Shown here piece after piece: positions 55,073-64,000 of a DNA stretch of 64,000 nucleotides (position 1 is the first letter of the stretch; each line of letters begins with the position of its first letter). Source of the stretch: an uncultured Gemmatimonadaceae bacterium (GTDB taxonomy: Bacteria > Gemmatimonadota > Gemmatimonadetes > Gemmatimonadales > Gemmatimonadaceae); the NCBI GenBank assembly GCA_963843845.1, contig CAWJMB010000002.1:448001-512000 (forward strand). The letters are read 5' to 3'. The notes under the pieces were generated by a model that saw only the letters and a list, made by a program, of their open reading frames with translations, searched no databases and was not told the origin of the DNA. A program made the translations under genes and the position numbers.

Positions 55073-57496
55073 ATGAGATGCTGCCATTCTACGCGCGCCG
55101 CGGTGCGTCCGCTCGCCGCGTCCCTGGTCGCCGCGTGGGCGCTCGCCGCGGCGACCGTGACGACGCTCGCGACCGCTCCGGCCGCCGGCGCGCAGCCGGC
55201 CGACAGCGCGACCGTCACGATCGTCGCCCGCCGCGACAGCGCGCCGCTCGCCGACGTCCGCGTGCGCGTGCTCGGCCTGCCGCTCGGCGGGGCGACGGAC
55301 GGGTCGGGGCGGCTCGTGCTGCGCGTGCCGGCCGGCGACCGCGCGCTCGTCGCGGCGCGGCTCGGCTTCGTCCCGGACACGCTCCGCGTCGCGCTCCGCG
55401 CCGGCCAGGACACCACGCTCGCCGTGCGGCTCGCCGGGGCGGCGGCCGACGTCGAGGCGATCGTCGTCACGGCGACGCGCGCCGAGCGCCGCGTCGAGGA
55501 CACCCCGATCCGCGTCGAGGTCATCGACGAAGAAGAGGTGGCCGAGAAGGTCAGCATGACGCCCGGCGACATCGCGATGATGCTGAACGAGACGAGCGGG
55601 CTGCGCGTGCAGGCGACGAACCCGTCGCTGGGCGGGGCGAGCGTGCGCGTGCAGGGGCTGCGCGGCCGCTACACGCTGCTCCTCGCCGACGGGCTGCCGC
55701 TCTACGGCGGTCAGGCGGGAGGGCTCGGCCTCCTCCAGATCCCGCCGGTCGACCTCGGCCGCGTCGAGATCGTCAAAGGCTCGGCCTCGGCGCTCTACGG
55801 CAGCTCGGCGTTGGGCGGGGTCGTCGACCTCGTGTCCCGCCGGCCGGGCGAGGAGGGAGAGCGCACGCTGCTCGTGAACGGCACGACGCGCGGCGGCGCC
55901 GACGGCGTGTTCTTCGGCGCCGCGCCGCTCGGCGCGCGGTGGGGGTACACGCTGCTCGCCGGCGCGCACGCGCAGCGCCGCAACGACCTCGACGGCGACG
56001 GGTGGACCGACATGCCGGGGTACGAGCGCGCCGTCGTCCGCCCGCGGCTGTTCTACAGCAGCGGCGGCGGGACGACGGCGTTCGTCACCGGCGGCTTCAC
56101 CGGCGAGGGGCGCGACGGCGGCACGCTGAGCGGGCGCTTCGCCCCCGACGGGCGCCCGTACGACGAGTCGCTGCGCACGCGCCGCGCGGACGTCGGCTTC
56201 GTCGCGCGCCGCGTGCTCGGCGGGCCGTCGGGCGCGGAGGCGTTCGGGACAGAAGCGTCAGGCACGAACGCGTCAGGCACGAACGCGTCAGGCACGAACG
56301 CGTTCGGCGTCGACCAGCCTCGTGGCGGCCTGCTGCGCGGCGCGATCGCGAGCGTGCGCGCGTCGGCGAACACGCAGCGCCATCGGCACCAGTTCGGCTC
56401 GGTGCGCGAGCGCGACCGGCACACGACGTGGTTCGGCGAGGCGTCGCTCGCCGTGCCGCGCGGCGCGGCGACGTACGTGCTGGGCGCGGCGCTGCAGCAG
56501 GAGACGTATCGCGCGCGCGACGTCGCCGGCTTCGACTACCGCTACACGATCCCCGCCGCGTTCGCGCAGGCCGACGTCGACGCCGCGTCGTGGCTCGCGC
56601 TCTCGGCGAGCGCGCGCGTCGACGCGCACAGTGCGTACGGCACGTTCGTGAACCCGCGCCTCTCGCTGCTCGCGCGGCTCGGCGCCGGGTGGACGTCGCG
56701 GCTGTCGGGCGGCACGGGGGCGTTCGCGCCGACGCCGTTCACCGAGGAGACCGAGGTCACCGGCCTCGCCCCGCTCGCCCCGCTCGCGGGGCTCCGAGCC
56801 GAACGCGCCCGGAGCGCGTCGCTCGACGTCGGTGGGCCGCTCGCGACGCCGTTCGGCGCCCTGGAACTGAACGCGACCGCGTTCGGGTCGACGATCGCGC
56901 ACGCGTTGCAGCTGCGCGCCGCGGGCGGCGTCACGCCGGCCGGCGCGTCGCGCGTGCTGCTCGCGAACGCCGACGGGCGCACGCGCACGTGGGGGGGCGA
57001 GCTGCTCGCGCGGCTCGTTCACGAGGTCGGCGACGGGCGCGCCGCGCGCGTGACGGCGACGTACACGTATCTGCGCGCGACCGAGTGCGACCCCGACGCG
57101 GCGCGCGGGCCCGCTCCGTCATCTGCAACGGACGCGTCGTGCGCGCGGCGCGCCGTGCCGCTCAACCCGCGCCACGCGGTCGGCCTCGTCGGCAGCGTCG
57201 AGCACGAGGGCGTGAGCCGAGTCGGCGTCGAGCTGTATCACACGGGGCGGCAGACGCTCGAGGACGATCCGTACCGCGCGCTGAGTCGCCCCTACCTCGT
57301 CGTCGGCGTGCTCGCCGAGCGGCAGTTCGGCGCGGTGCGCGCGTTCGTGAACGCCGAGAACCTCGGCGACGTGCGGCAGACGCGCGTCGATCCGCTCGTG
57401 CTGCGGGCGCGCGGTGAGGGGGGACGGTGGACGACGCCGGTGTGGAGTCTGCTCGAAGGGCGGACGGTGAACGGTGGCGTGCGCATGACCTGGTAG
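55073..57496 (+). CDS. TonB-dependent receptor (start may be GTG ~55103)
   Basis: IVVTATR, VRVQGLRGRYT, VEIVKGSASALYGSSALGGVV; ends in W. Confidence 0.9.
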   Translation: MRCCHSTRAAVRPLAASLVAAWALAAATVTTLATAPAAGAQPADSATVTIVARRDSAPLADVRVRVLGLPLGGATDGSGRLVLRVPAGDRALVAARLGFVPDTLRVALRAGQDTTLAVRLAGAAADVEAIVVTATRAERRVEDTPIRVEVIDEEEVAEKVSMTPGDIAMMLNETSGLRVQATNPSLGGASVRVQGLRGRYTLLLADGLPLYGGQAGGLGLLQIPPVDLGRVEIVKGSASALYGSSALGGVVDLVSRRPGEEGERTLLVNGTTRGGADGVFFGAAPLGARWGYTLLAGAHAQRRNDLDGDGWTDMPGYERAVVRPRLFYSSGGGTTAFVTGGFTGEGRDGGTLSGRFAPDGRPYDESLRTRRADVGFVARRVLGGPSGAEAFGTEASGTNASGTNASGTNAFGVDQPRGGLLRGAIASVRASANTQRHRHQFGSVRERDRHTTWFGEASLAVPRGAATYVLGAALQQETYRARDVAGFDYRYTIPAAFAQADVDAASWLALSASARVDAHSAYGTFVNPRLSLLARLGAGWTSRLSGGTGAFAPTPFTEETEVTGLAPLAPLAGLRAERARSASLDVGGPLATPFGALELNATAFGSTIAHALQLRAAGGVTPAGASRVLLANADGRTRTWGGELLARLVHEVGDGRAARVTATYTYLRATECDPDAARGPAPSSATDASCARRAVPLNPRHAVGLVGSVEHEGVSRVGVELYHTGRQTLEDDPYRALSRPYLVVGVLAERQFGAVRAFVNAENLGDVRQTRVDPLVLRARGEGGRWTTPVWSLLEGRTVNGGVRMTW
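56255..56299 (+). repeat. 15-bp tandem repeat GCGTCAGGCACGAAC x3 (ASGTN) in a receptor loop
   Basis: Read directly from the sequence. Confidence 0.9.
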
Positions 57497-57509
57497 CGGC
57501 CGCGCCGCG

Positions 57510-58823
57510 TCAGTCGCCGGCGGGGCGCTCCAGCGCCGCCAGCCGCGCCTCGGTCGCCGCCCGGTAGTGCGTGAATTCGAAGGGCAGTGCCACGCTCCGC
57601 CGGATCGCGTCCTCGACGACCGCGTCGACGCGCGCCTTCTGTTCCGGAGCGGCGACGCGGGTGCCTAACGCGCCGGCCGCCATGCCGAGCCGCCCGGCGA
57701 CCTTGACCGAGAGCGCCTGGACCCGCGCCCCGGCCGCCTCGACGTCGGCGATCAGCGGCGCGATCGCGTCGAGCTTGGCGCGAGTGAACGCCAGCAGCTC
57801 CGGCGTCGCGGGGCCGCCGGCCGCCGCCCCAGCCTCGAGCCGGTCGAGCTCCGCGTTCAGCGCCCCCGCCCGGTCGCGCGCCGCGCGCTCGCTCGACATC
57901 AGCTCCTCGTGCGCGCGCAGCAGCTCGGCCACGAGCGGCTGCACCCACTCGAGCACGCCGGTGCCCAGCAGCGCGAGGCGCGTTCGCTGCCATGCGGTCG
58001 CCGCGTCGAGGTCGCCGAGCGCCGCCTCGCGGCGGATCGAGACGAGCGTGTCGACGAGCGGCGCGGCGCGTCGCCCCGCGAACAGATGCAGCAGCAGCTG
58101 CACCACGATGGTGCCCAACGCTGCGACGCGCAGCGCGTCGAGCGGTCGCCCCGGCGGCACGACGCGGAGGCCGGCGAGCAGACCGATCACCCCGACGACG
58201 CTCCAGGCGAGCAGCACGACGGTCGTCGCCCGCTGCGCCGTCGTCCGGAACTCGGGGCGCTGCATCGGGATCCCGAGCGCGAGGCTGAGCGCGCCGAGCG
58301 CGTAGAGCAGCGGCGTCACGACGAGCACCGAGAGGAGCGCGACGCGTCCCCACCCCGGGAGCAGCGCGCGCGCGTACCACGCCGCCGCGGCGACGAGCGC
58401 GCCGCGGGCCGCGAGCAGCAGCAGCCCCGACGGTCGCGCGCCGGCGAACGAGCCGAAGCGGAAGCGACTCGGCGACGCCGTCTCGCTGGCCACGTCGAGC
58501 ACGGCAGGCATGAGCAGGTCGGCGACGATCGACAGGGCGACGAACAGCAGCGCGACCGCGTGCGGCGACGCGGAGAACCCCTTCTCCCACGCGTCGAGCA
58601 GCAGCGTGCACGTCGCGCCGAGCGTGGCGAGCAGCGCCCACGTGTTCCACCCGCCGCGCGTCTGCGTCGCGCGCGCCTGCTCGATCTCGGTGTCGAGCAG
58701 CGCGAGCAGCGAGTCGACCGACGGCGGGACGGATGCCGCCGGCGCCGGCTCGGCCGCAGCGTTCGGCGCGGCCTCGGGCGCGGCCTCGGGCGCGGCCTCG
58801 GGCGCGGCCTCGGGCGCGGTCAC
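57510..58823 (-). CDS. Hypothetical multi-pass membrane protein with C-terminal helical region and N-terminal APEA repeats
   Basis: 437 aa; about 6 hydrophobic segments; 12-bp repeat GCGGCCTCGGGC x4 at ~58768-58818. Confidence 0.7.
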   Translation of the reverse strand: MTAPEAAPEAAPEAAPEAAPNAAAEPAPAASVPPSVDSLLALLDTEIEQARATQTRGGWNTWALLATLGATCTLLLDAWEKGFSASPHAVALLFVALSIVADLLMPAVLDVASETASPSRFRFGSFAGARPSGLLLLAARGALVAAAAWYARALLPGWGRVALLSVLVVTPLLYALGALSLALGIPMQRPEFRTTAQRATTVVLLAWSVVGVIGLLAGLRVVPPGRPLDALRVAALGTIVVQLLLHLFAGRRAAPLVDTLVSIRREAALGDLDAATAWQRTRLALLGTGVLEWVQPLVAELLRAHEELMSSERAARDRAGALNAELDRLEAGAAAGGPATPELLAFTRAKLDAIAPLIADVEAAGARVQALSVKVAGRLGMAAGALGTRVAAPEQKARVDAVVEDAIRRSVALPFEFTHYRAATEARLAALERPAGD

Positions 58824-58830
58824 CGCGGCG

Positions 58831-59739
58831 TCACGCCGGCGCGGCGGGCTCGCGCTCGTACACGACGCGCAGCCGCCGCGGCTCGACGAACCCCGCGGCC
58901 TCGATCACGCCGTCGCTCTCCGCCGCGACGAACGTGCGGGGCGACCGCCCGCCGGCGACCGCCGCCGTCAGCGCGACGAGCGCGCCACAGAAGAACCGGT
59001 TGCACGTGTCCGAGCGGAGCTCGCGCGGCAGCGCGCACCCGCGCTCGGTGTGGTTGATGCACGAGTGCTCGAGCGAGACGGCGGGCACGCGCTCGAGGTA
59101 GGCGCGGAGCGCGTCGCGCGGGCGGGCCGCCGGGTGCGCGTCGAGCCACCGCCGCAGCGTGTCGATCGCGAGGTACGCGTGGTTCGCGCCGCCGCGACAG
59201 CAGCCGCCGGAGCAGAGCGTGCACGCGGCGCCCAGCACGTACGCCAGGTCGTCGGTGACCGGCTCGGGCTCGTACGGCGCCTCGTCGTACGGCACCCCCG
59301 CGTCGCGCCGCCGCACGGCTTCACCGATCAGCGTCGCGAGCCGCGCTCGGTACGCGCGCCGCCGCTCGCGCGACACCGGCGTCGGCGTCGTGCGGCGCCC
59401 CGTGACCGCCGTCACCGGATACGCCGCGGCGTCCGCGACGCCGGCCGACGCGGCGCCGTCGTTCCGGATCGCGTGCGCCTGCGCGACCAGCACGTTCCAC
59501 TCACGCTGCCGCCGCTCGCGCACATCGCGCAGCACCTGCTGCCGACACGCCGCCGTCGCGCACAGCCGCGCCGCGCGCTCCGACGCGCCGAGCGGCCGCG
59601 CGCACACCCGACACCGATCGTGCGCCGGCGTCGACTGGTGCGTCCAGCGGCACGCGCGCGCGCCACACGTCGGACGCGTCAGCGCGTCGCGCGGCGTGAG
59701 GGGCGCGTCGCAGACGACGCACCGCTCGGCGTTCGTCAT
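58831..59739 (-). CDS. Cys-rich hypothetical protein (two N-terminal Cys4 modules plus a YkgJ/CxxCxxCC-like cluster domain)
   Basis: CVVC..CGARAC, CRVC..CATAAC, CTLCSGGCC, SCINHTERGC..RSDTCNRFFC. Confidence 0.72.
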   Translation of the reverse strand: MTNAERCVVCDAPLTPRDALTRPTCGARACRWTHQSTPAHDRCRVCARPLGASERAARLCATAACRQQVLRDVRERRQREWNVLVAQAHAIRNDGAASAGVADAAAYPVTAVTGRRTTPTPVSRERRRAYRARLATLIGEAVRRRDAGVPYDEAPYEPEPVTDDLAYVLGAACTLCSGGCCRGGANHAYLAIDTLRRWLDAHPAARPRDALRAYLERVPAVSLEHSCINHTERGCALPRELRSDTCNRFFCGALVALTAAVAGGRSPRTFVAAESDGVIEAAGFVEPRRLRVVYEREPAAPA

Positions 59740-61994
59740 TGTGCGCCGACGGCCGCCGTCTTCTTCGCCGCGTCCTTCTTCAGGTACGTGTCGTACCAGC
59801 CGAGGATGCGGCCGACATAGTCGCGATAGTCCCCCTCGCTGGCGTTCCCCGCACCGTGCCCGCCGTTCATGTAGTTCACCCACGTCACGTCTCTGCCCAG
59901 ACGGCGGAGCGCGTAGTACATCTCGCGCGTGTTGTCGGCAGGGACGTTCTGGTCCTGCTGCCCGGTGAGCAGCAGCAGCGGCGTCGTGATGCGGTCCGCG
60001 AACATGATGGCCGAGTGCTGCACGTACTTCTGCGGCTGCTGCCAGAGCGTCGCGCCGATGCGGTCCTGGCTCTTCTCCGCCGCGTGGATGTTGCGCACGC
60101 CGAGCCGCGGGCTGTCCGTGTAGAACGAGATCATGTCGACCTTCCCCGAGATGTTGATCGCCGCCTTGAAGCGGTTCGTCTGCGCGATGAGCAGGTTCGC
60201 CGCGTAGCCGCCGTAGCTCGTGCCGTGCACGCCGAGCTTCGCCGAGTCGGCGACTCCCATCTCGATGAGCTTGTTCGCCGCCGACGTCACCCCCTTCACC
60301 CACGCCTCGCCGGGGTAGCCGACGTCGAAGTCGACCGACGGCTGCACGACGACGTAGTCGTGCGCGGTGAGGACGTTGATGACCGGGTCGAACCCGTCGT
60401 TGAAGAACTCCTCGTAGATGTTGAAGACCGTCGGGTAGCGCGTTCCCTCGCGGAAGCCGGGCGGGAGGTACGCGACGCCGTACTTGCGGTGCCCGTCGGC
60501 GTCGAGGTAGTCGATGAGGCGCGCGCTGCCTAACGCCTTCCCGTCGAGCTGGGGGTTCGCCCGCACGAGGCGCCGCACGTTCTTCAGATCCGCGTCGGCG
60601 ACGTAGAGGTCGCCCGGCCTCGCGACGTCGGCGATCGAGAGGACGGCGGTGCTGCCGTCCTTCGAGAGGCGGAGGCTCGAGTAGCCGCGCGCGTCCATGA
60701 CGAGCGTGTCGAGCGCGCGCGTCGTGCGGTCGTAGCGCACGAGGCCGCGCTCCCACTTCTCGCGCGACGCGTGGCTCAGGTAGAGCCACCGCCCGTCCGC
60801 GCTCCACGCGACGACGGCGCGCGTCGGGGCGCGCGACGTCGAGTCGGGGGTCGCCGAGAACATCGTCCTCTCCCCGCTCGCGACGTCGACGACCCACAGC
60901 CCGTCCTTGTTCGACGCCAGCAGCGCGTCGCCGCTCGGCGAGAAGCGGATCGGGGTGAAGCGCGCGCGCTCCCGCCGCGCGCGCACGCTGTCGGCTGCAA
61001 CGCTGTCGGTCGGCAGCCGTCCGGTGTCGGAGGGGGCGGGGCCGGCGAGCAGCCGGGTCGCCGTGTCGCGCGTCGAGGCGACGCGGATGCGACCGTCGCG
61101 CGCGAATGCGTAGCGCGTGCCGTCCTCCGCCCACACGACGGTGGTCCCTTTCGTCGACGGGAACAGCGTGCGGGCACTCGAGTCGGCGAGGCCGCGCGTG
61201 ACGAGCCGGTGCTCGCTTCCGAAGATGACGTCGTAGTCGGTCTTCTTCGTGATGTCTTCCGTCCACGTCACGCCGCCGTCGCGCGCGAGCGTGTACGACC
61301 CGACCATCGTCTCGGGGATCAGCTCGCGCGCCCGCTTCGTGACGACGTCGACGGCGACCACGGAGCGGACGTTCGCGCGGCGGCGGATCGCGTCCCAGGC
61401 GAGGAACGGGTCCTTCGACGACTGCACGAAGATCGGCCCGCTCGTCTGCCGTGCGAAGTGCGCACGCGCCGAGTCGCGCCACGCCGTCGTGTGCAGCGAG
61501 AAGACGAGCGACCGGCCGTCGTCCGTCCACCGCAGGTCGCTGTTCTCGGCGACGTACTTTCCGTTCGGCACGGCGACTGGCGTGAGGCGCCCGCCGGCGC
61601 GCTCCCAGAGGACGGGCTGCCAGCTCTCGCCCTGCCGCACGAGGAGCGCGAGCCTGGCCGCGTCGGGCGACCACGCGGCGCCGCCGACGTCGCGCGTGTC
61701 GGCGAACACGGCGCGCCGCGCGCCGCTCCGCGTGTCGATGACCCACACGCGCGCCGGCTGCGGCCGCAGGTACGTCGGGTCGCCGTCGCGGTGATAGTTC
61801 ACCGTGAGCCCGTCGCGTCGCGTCGACGACAGCGCGGCGAGCCACTGCCCGTCGGTCGACAGGTCGGCGACGCGGTAGGTCACGAGGTCGAGCGCGTCGT
61901 CGACGGTGAAGCGCGGCTGGGCGTGCGCCGAGCGCGGCGCCACCGCGGCGGCGGTCGCGAGTGCGAGGGGGATCGAGACGAGGAAGCGTCGCAT
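59736..61994 (-). CDS. S9 family (prolyl oligopeptidase-like) secreted peptidase
   Basis: GTSYGGY, QDQNV, GGH catalytic motifs after a beta-propeller region. Confidence 0.9.
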   Translation of the reverse strand: MRRFLVSIPLALATAAAVAPRSAHAQPRFTVDDALDLVTYRVADLSTDGQWLAALSSTRRDGLTVNYHRDGDPTYLRPQPARVWVIDTRSGARRAVFADTRDVGGAAWSPDAARLALLVRQGESWQPVLWERAGGRLTPVAVPNGKYVAENSDLRWTDDGRSLVFSLHTTAWRDSARAHFARQTSGPIFVQSSKDPFLAWDAIRRRANVRSVVAVDVVTKRARELIPETMVGSYTLARDGGVTWTEDITKKTDYDVIFGSEHRLVTRGLADSSARTLFPSTKGTTVVWAEDGTRYAFARDGRIRVASTRDTATRLLAGPAPSDTGRLPTDSVAADSVRARRERARFTPIRFSPSGDALLASNKDGLWVVDVASGERTMFSATPDSTSRAPTRAVVAWSADGRWLYLSHASREKWERGLVRYDRTTRALDTLVMDARGYSSLRLSKDGSTAVLSIADVARPGDLYVADADLKNVRRLVRANPQLDGKALGSARLIDYLDADGHRKYGVAYLPPGFREGTRYPTVFNIYEEFFNDGFDPVINVLTAHDYVVVQPSVDFDVGYPGEAWVKGVTSAANKLIEMGVADSAKLGVHGTSYGGYAANLLIAQTNRFKAAINISGKVDMISFYTDSPRLGVRNIHAAEKSQDRIGATLWQQPQKYVQHSAIMFADRITTPLLLLTGQQDQNVPADNTREMYYALRRLGRDVTWVNYMNGGHGAGNASEGDYRDYVGRILGWYDTYLKKDAAKKTAAVGAQ

Positions 61995-62004
61995 GATCGA
62001 GGTC

Positions 62005-62385
62005 TCAGAGGGTGGAGCGCTCTCCAGGATATTGCGCCGCCAGCCGCTTCGGCGCGACCAGCCGCCACCCGTCCCACAGCAGCCCGCCGAGCTCCGCCCA
62101 GTCGCACGCGCCGTCGAGCCACACGCCGACCCAGCCGCTCGGCCCGACGTACGGCGGCACGAAGAAGCGCGCCGGGAACGCGCGCACCATCAGGTCCTGA
62201 TTCCCGGGCGCGGCCTTGAGCCACACCGCGGGCCGGCCGGCGCCATGATGATTGTTCGCCGAGGCGTGCATGGCGAACAGCTTGTTGCGAACGCGGAAGG
62301 TCGGCTCGCCCCACGCCTCGACCTCGTGTGACTCGGGAAGGGCGAGGGCGAGCTTGCGGAGGCGGGTGAGCGGTCGGGGGGGCAC
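62005..62385 (-). CDS. MmcQ/YjbR family protein
   Basis: ALALPE...WGEPTFRVRNKLFA...FFVPPYVGPSGWVG. Confidence 0.88.
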   Translation of the reverse strand: MPPRPLTRLRKLALALPESHEVEAWGEPTFRVRNKLFAMHASANNHHGAGRPAVWLKAAPGNQDLMVRAFPARFFVPPYVGPSGWVGVWLDGACDWAELGGLLWDGWRLVAPKRLAAQYPGERSTL

Positions 62386-62395
62386 GGTCGGCGGG

Positions 62396-62881
62396 TCAGG
62401 GCGCCTGACGCGTCCCGATGCTCGTCACGACGATCGCCCCCGCGCCGTGGTCCAGCCCCCACCGCCCCGCGGCCGAGATCCCGTCCACCCACTCCATGCG
62501 CGCGATCCCGAGCGCCGGGATGTCGCGCAGCGCGTCGAGCCCCGCCGTCATCCGCGCGTTGCCGAGGTAGACCTGGATCGCGGTCGGCTTCGTGAACGAG
62601 TCGGCGCCGCGCGCCTGCAGCCAGCGCGGGCGGAGGGTGGCGACGAGGTCGTAGGCGGTCGCGTTTCCCGCCGCGGCCCTCAGGTCCTCGGTCGTGAGCA
62701 GATTCGCGTTGCCGCGGGTCGCTGGGCGCGCAGCGGTCGTCGAGGCGCCCGGGCTCGCGGCGCTCGTGGCGCTCGTGCGCCCGCACGCCGCGGCGACGGT
62801 GAGGAACGCGCCGAGCGCGAGGGCGATGCGGCGGGCGTGGCGCGCGCGAGCGCGGCTCGATGGCGAGAGCGACGTCGGCAT
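62396..62881 (-). CDS. Hypothetical lipoprotein resembling a stand-alone TonB plug domain
   Basis: Lipobox AAAC; NLLTTEDL, AYDLVATLRPRWL, RWGLDHGAGAIVVT. Confidence 0.65.
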   Translation of the reverse strand: MPTSLSPSSRARARHARRIALALGAFLTVAAACGRTSATSAASPGASTTAARPATRGNANLLTTEDLRAAAGNATAYDLVATLRPRWLQARGADSFTKPTAIQVYLGNARMTAGLDALRDIPALGIARMEWVDGISAAGRWGLDHGAGAIVVTSIGTRQAP

Positions 62882-62929
62882 GAGGAAGTCCGCGTGGCGG
62901 TGGCGCGCTCGGCGGCGACGGTGGGCGCG

Positions 62930-63394
62930 CTAGCCGAGCTGCGTGACGAGCGCGCGCACGACGAACCATGCCGCGGCGCCGACGGCGACGAGCAGCAGCA
63001 GCAGCGCGAGGGCGACGAGCGCGACGACGCCGCCGCTCGCGGCGCGCGTGCGCTGCGGGTCGGCGAGGTGGCGCTCGAGCAGCGCGACGTTCCGCACGTT
63101 CGCCCGGAAGCCGACGTCGAACAGATCGCCGAGGATCGGGATCGCGCCGACGGCGGCGTCGATCAACACGTTGAGCACCATGCGCGCGAGCACGGTGCCG
63201 GACGCCCCGTCACGCGCCGCCGCGAGCACGACGAGGCTGGCGAGCGCGGTGCCCGCCACGTCGCCGACGCCGGGAATGAGCCCGATGACCGCGTCGAGCC
63301 CGATGCCGACCTTCGTGCCGGGGATGCGCACGAGGTCGTCGAGCACGCGGACGAGCGCGTGGAGGCCGGCGCGTGGCGCGACGGGAGCGGTCAT
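62930..63394 (-). CDS. DUF4112 domain membrane protein
   Basis: LDDLVRIPGT..GLDAVIGLIPGVGD...GAIPILGDLFD..RANVRN. Confidence 0.9.
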   Translation of the reverse strand: MTAPVAPRAGLHALVRVLDDLVRIPGTKVGIGLDAVIGLIPGVGDVAGTALASLVVLAAARDGASGTVLARMVLNVLIDAAVGAIPILGDLFDVGFRANVRNVALLERHLADPQRTRAASGGVVALVALALLLLLVAVGAAAWFVVRALVTQLG

Positions 63395-63443
63395 GCCATC
63401 ACGATAGCCGGGTCACATCGACCACGGCGGCTTCACGTGTCGC

Positions 63444-64000
63444 TCACCACGGCACCGCCACGTAGTCCTTGAGGAACTGCCCCCACACGTGCTCCCCGGT
63501 ATTGAACCCGGCGATGATCGGGTCGACGATGCGCGCCGCGCCGTCGACGATGTCGAGCGGCGGGTGGAAGCGGTGCTCGGCCGTCTTGCGCTCGGCGATC
63601 TCGACCGGGTCCTCGTCGGTCACCCAGCCGGTGTCGACGGAGTTCATGTGGATGCCGCTCGCGTGGTAGTCGGCGGCCGAGGTGCGCGTCATCATGTTGA
63701 GCGCGGCCTTCGCCATGTTCGTGTGCGGGTGGCGCGTCGTCTTGAAGCGGCGGTAGAACTGCCCCTCGACGGCCGACACGTTCACGACGTGCTTGTCGCG
63801 CTCCGGGGTGCGCGTGAGCAGCGGCTTGAGCCGCGCGTTGATGATGAACGGCGCGACGGCGTTCACGAGCTGCACCTCCAACAGCTCGACGGCCGGCACC
63901 TCGTCGAGCTGCAAGCGCCACGAGTTGCGCTCGCGCAGGTCGACCTGCTGCAGGTCGCCGTCGAGCCGCCCCTCGGGAAAGAGATGCCGCTCGGCGCCCG
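63444..64000 (-). CDS. SDR family oxidoreductase, C-terminal part (begins beyond window)
   Basis: [41 protein letters not shown]. Confidence 0.88.
   Translation of the reverse strand, partial: GAERHLFPEGRLDGDLQQVDLRERNSWRLQLDEVPAVELLEVQLVNAVAPFIINARLKPLLTRTPERDKHVVNVSAVEGQFYRRFKTTRHPHTNMAKAALNMMTRTSAADYHASGIHMNSVDTGWVTDEDPVEIAERKTAEHRFHPPLDIVDGAARIVDPIIAGFNTGEHVWGQFLKDYVAVPW

Overview
Very GC-rich (roughly 72-75% by eye) bacterial DNA. The gene repertoire points to Gemmatimonadota (Gemmatirosa/Gemmatimonas-like); this is an inference from the many BNR/VPS10-type beta-propeller hydrolases, TonB receptors and S9 peptidases. Single-base frameshifts are common and very dense at ~35-46.5 kb, most likely from long-read errors, so several CDS boundaries are reconstructed and approximate. 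Main observations: (1) At ~3.1-8.6 kb there is an integrase-less integron cassette array on the minus strand. It has a candidate attI and six intact-to-decayed attC sites, and its four proximal cassettes are all toxin-antitoxin pairs. One attC is split by an 857-bp IS5-family element and another abuts an IS110-like remnant. (2) At ~30.3-39.7 kb lies an ArsS radical-SAM (arsenosugar-type) cluster: peroxidase-like protein, MTAP-like phosphorylase, two transferases, MerA-like flavoprotein, VTT protein, DUF547 and a second uncharacterised radical SAM enzyme. (3) An orphan BciA-like divinyl-chlorophyllide reductase hints at a phototrophic host. (4) A dispersed CGTTAGGC motif accounts for every TTA-Leu codon I could spot and matches the integron core site. 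(5) A ~265-bp palindromic element at 54 kb is built from periodic TACGGCG units. No tRNA, rRNA or CRISPR array was seen.
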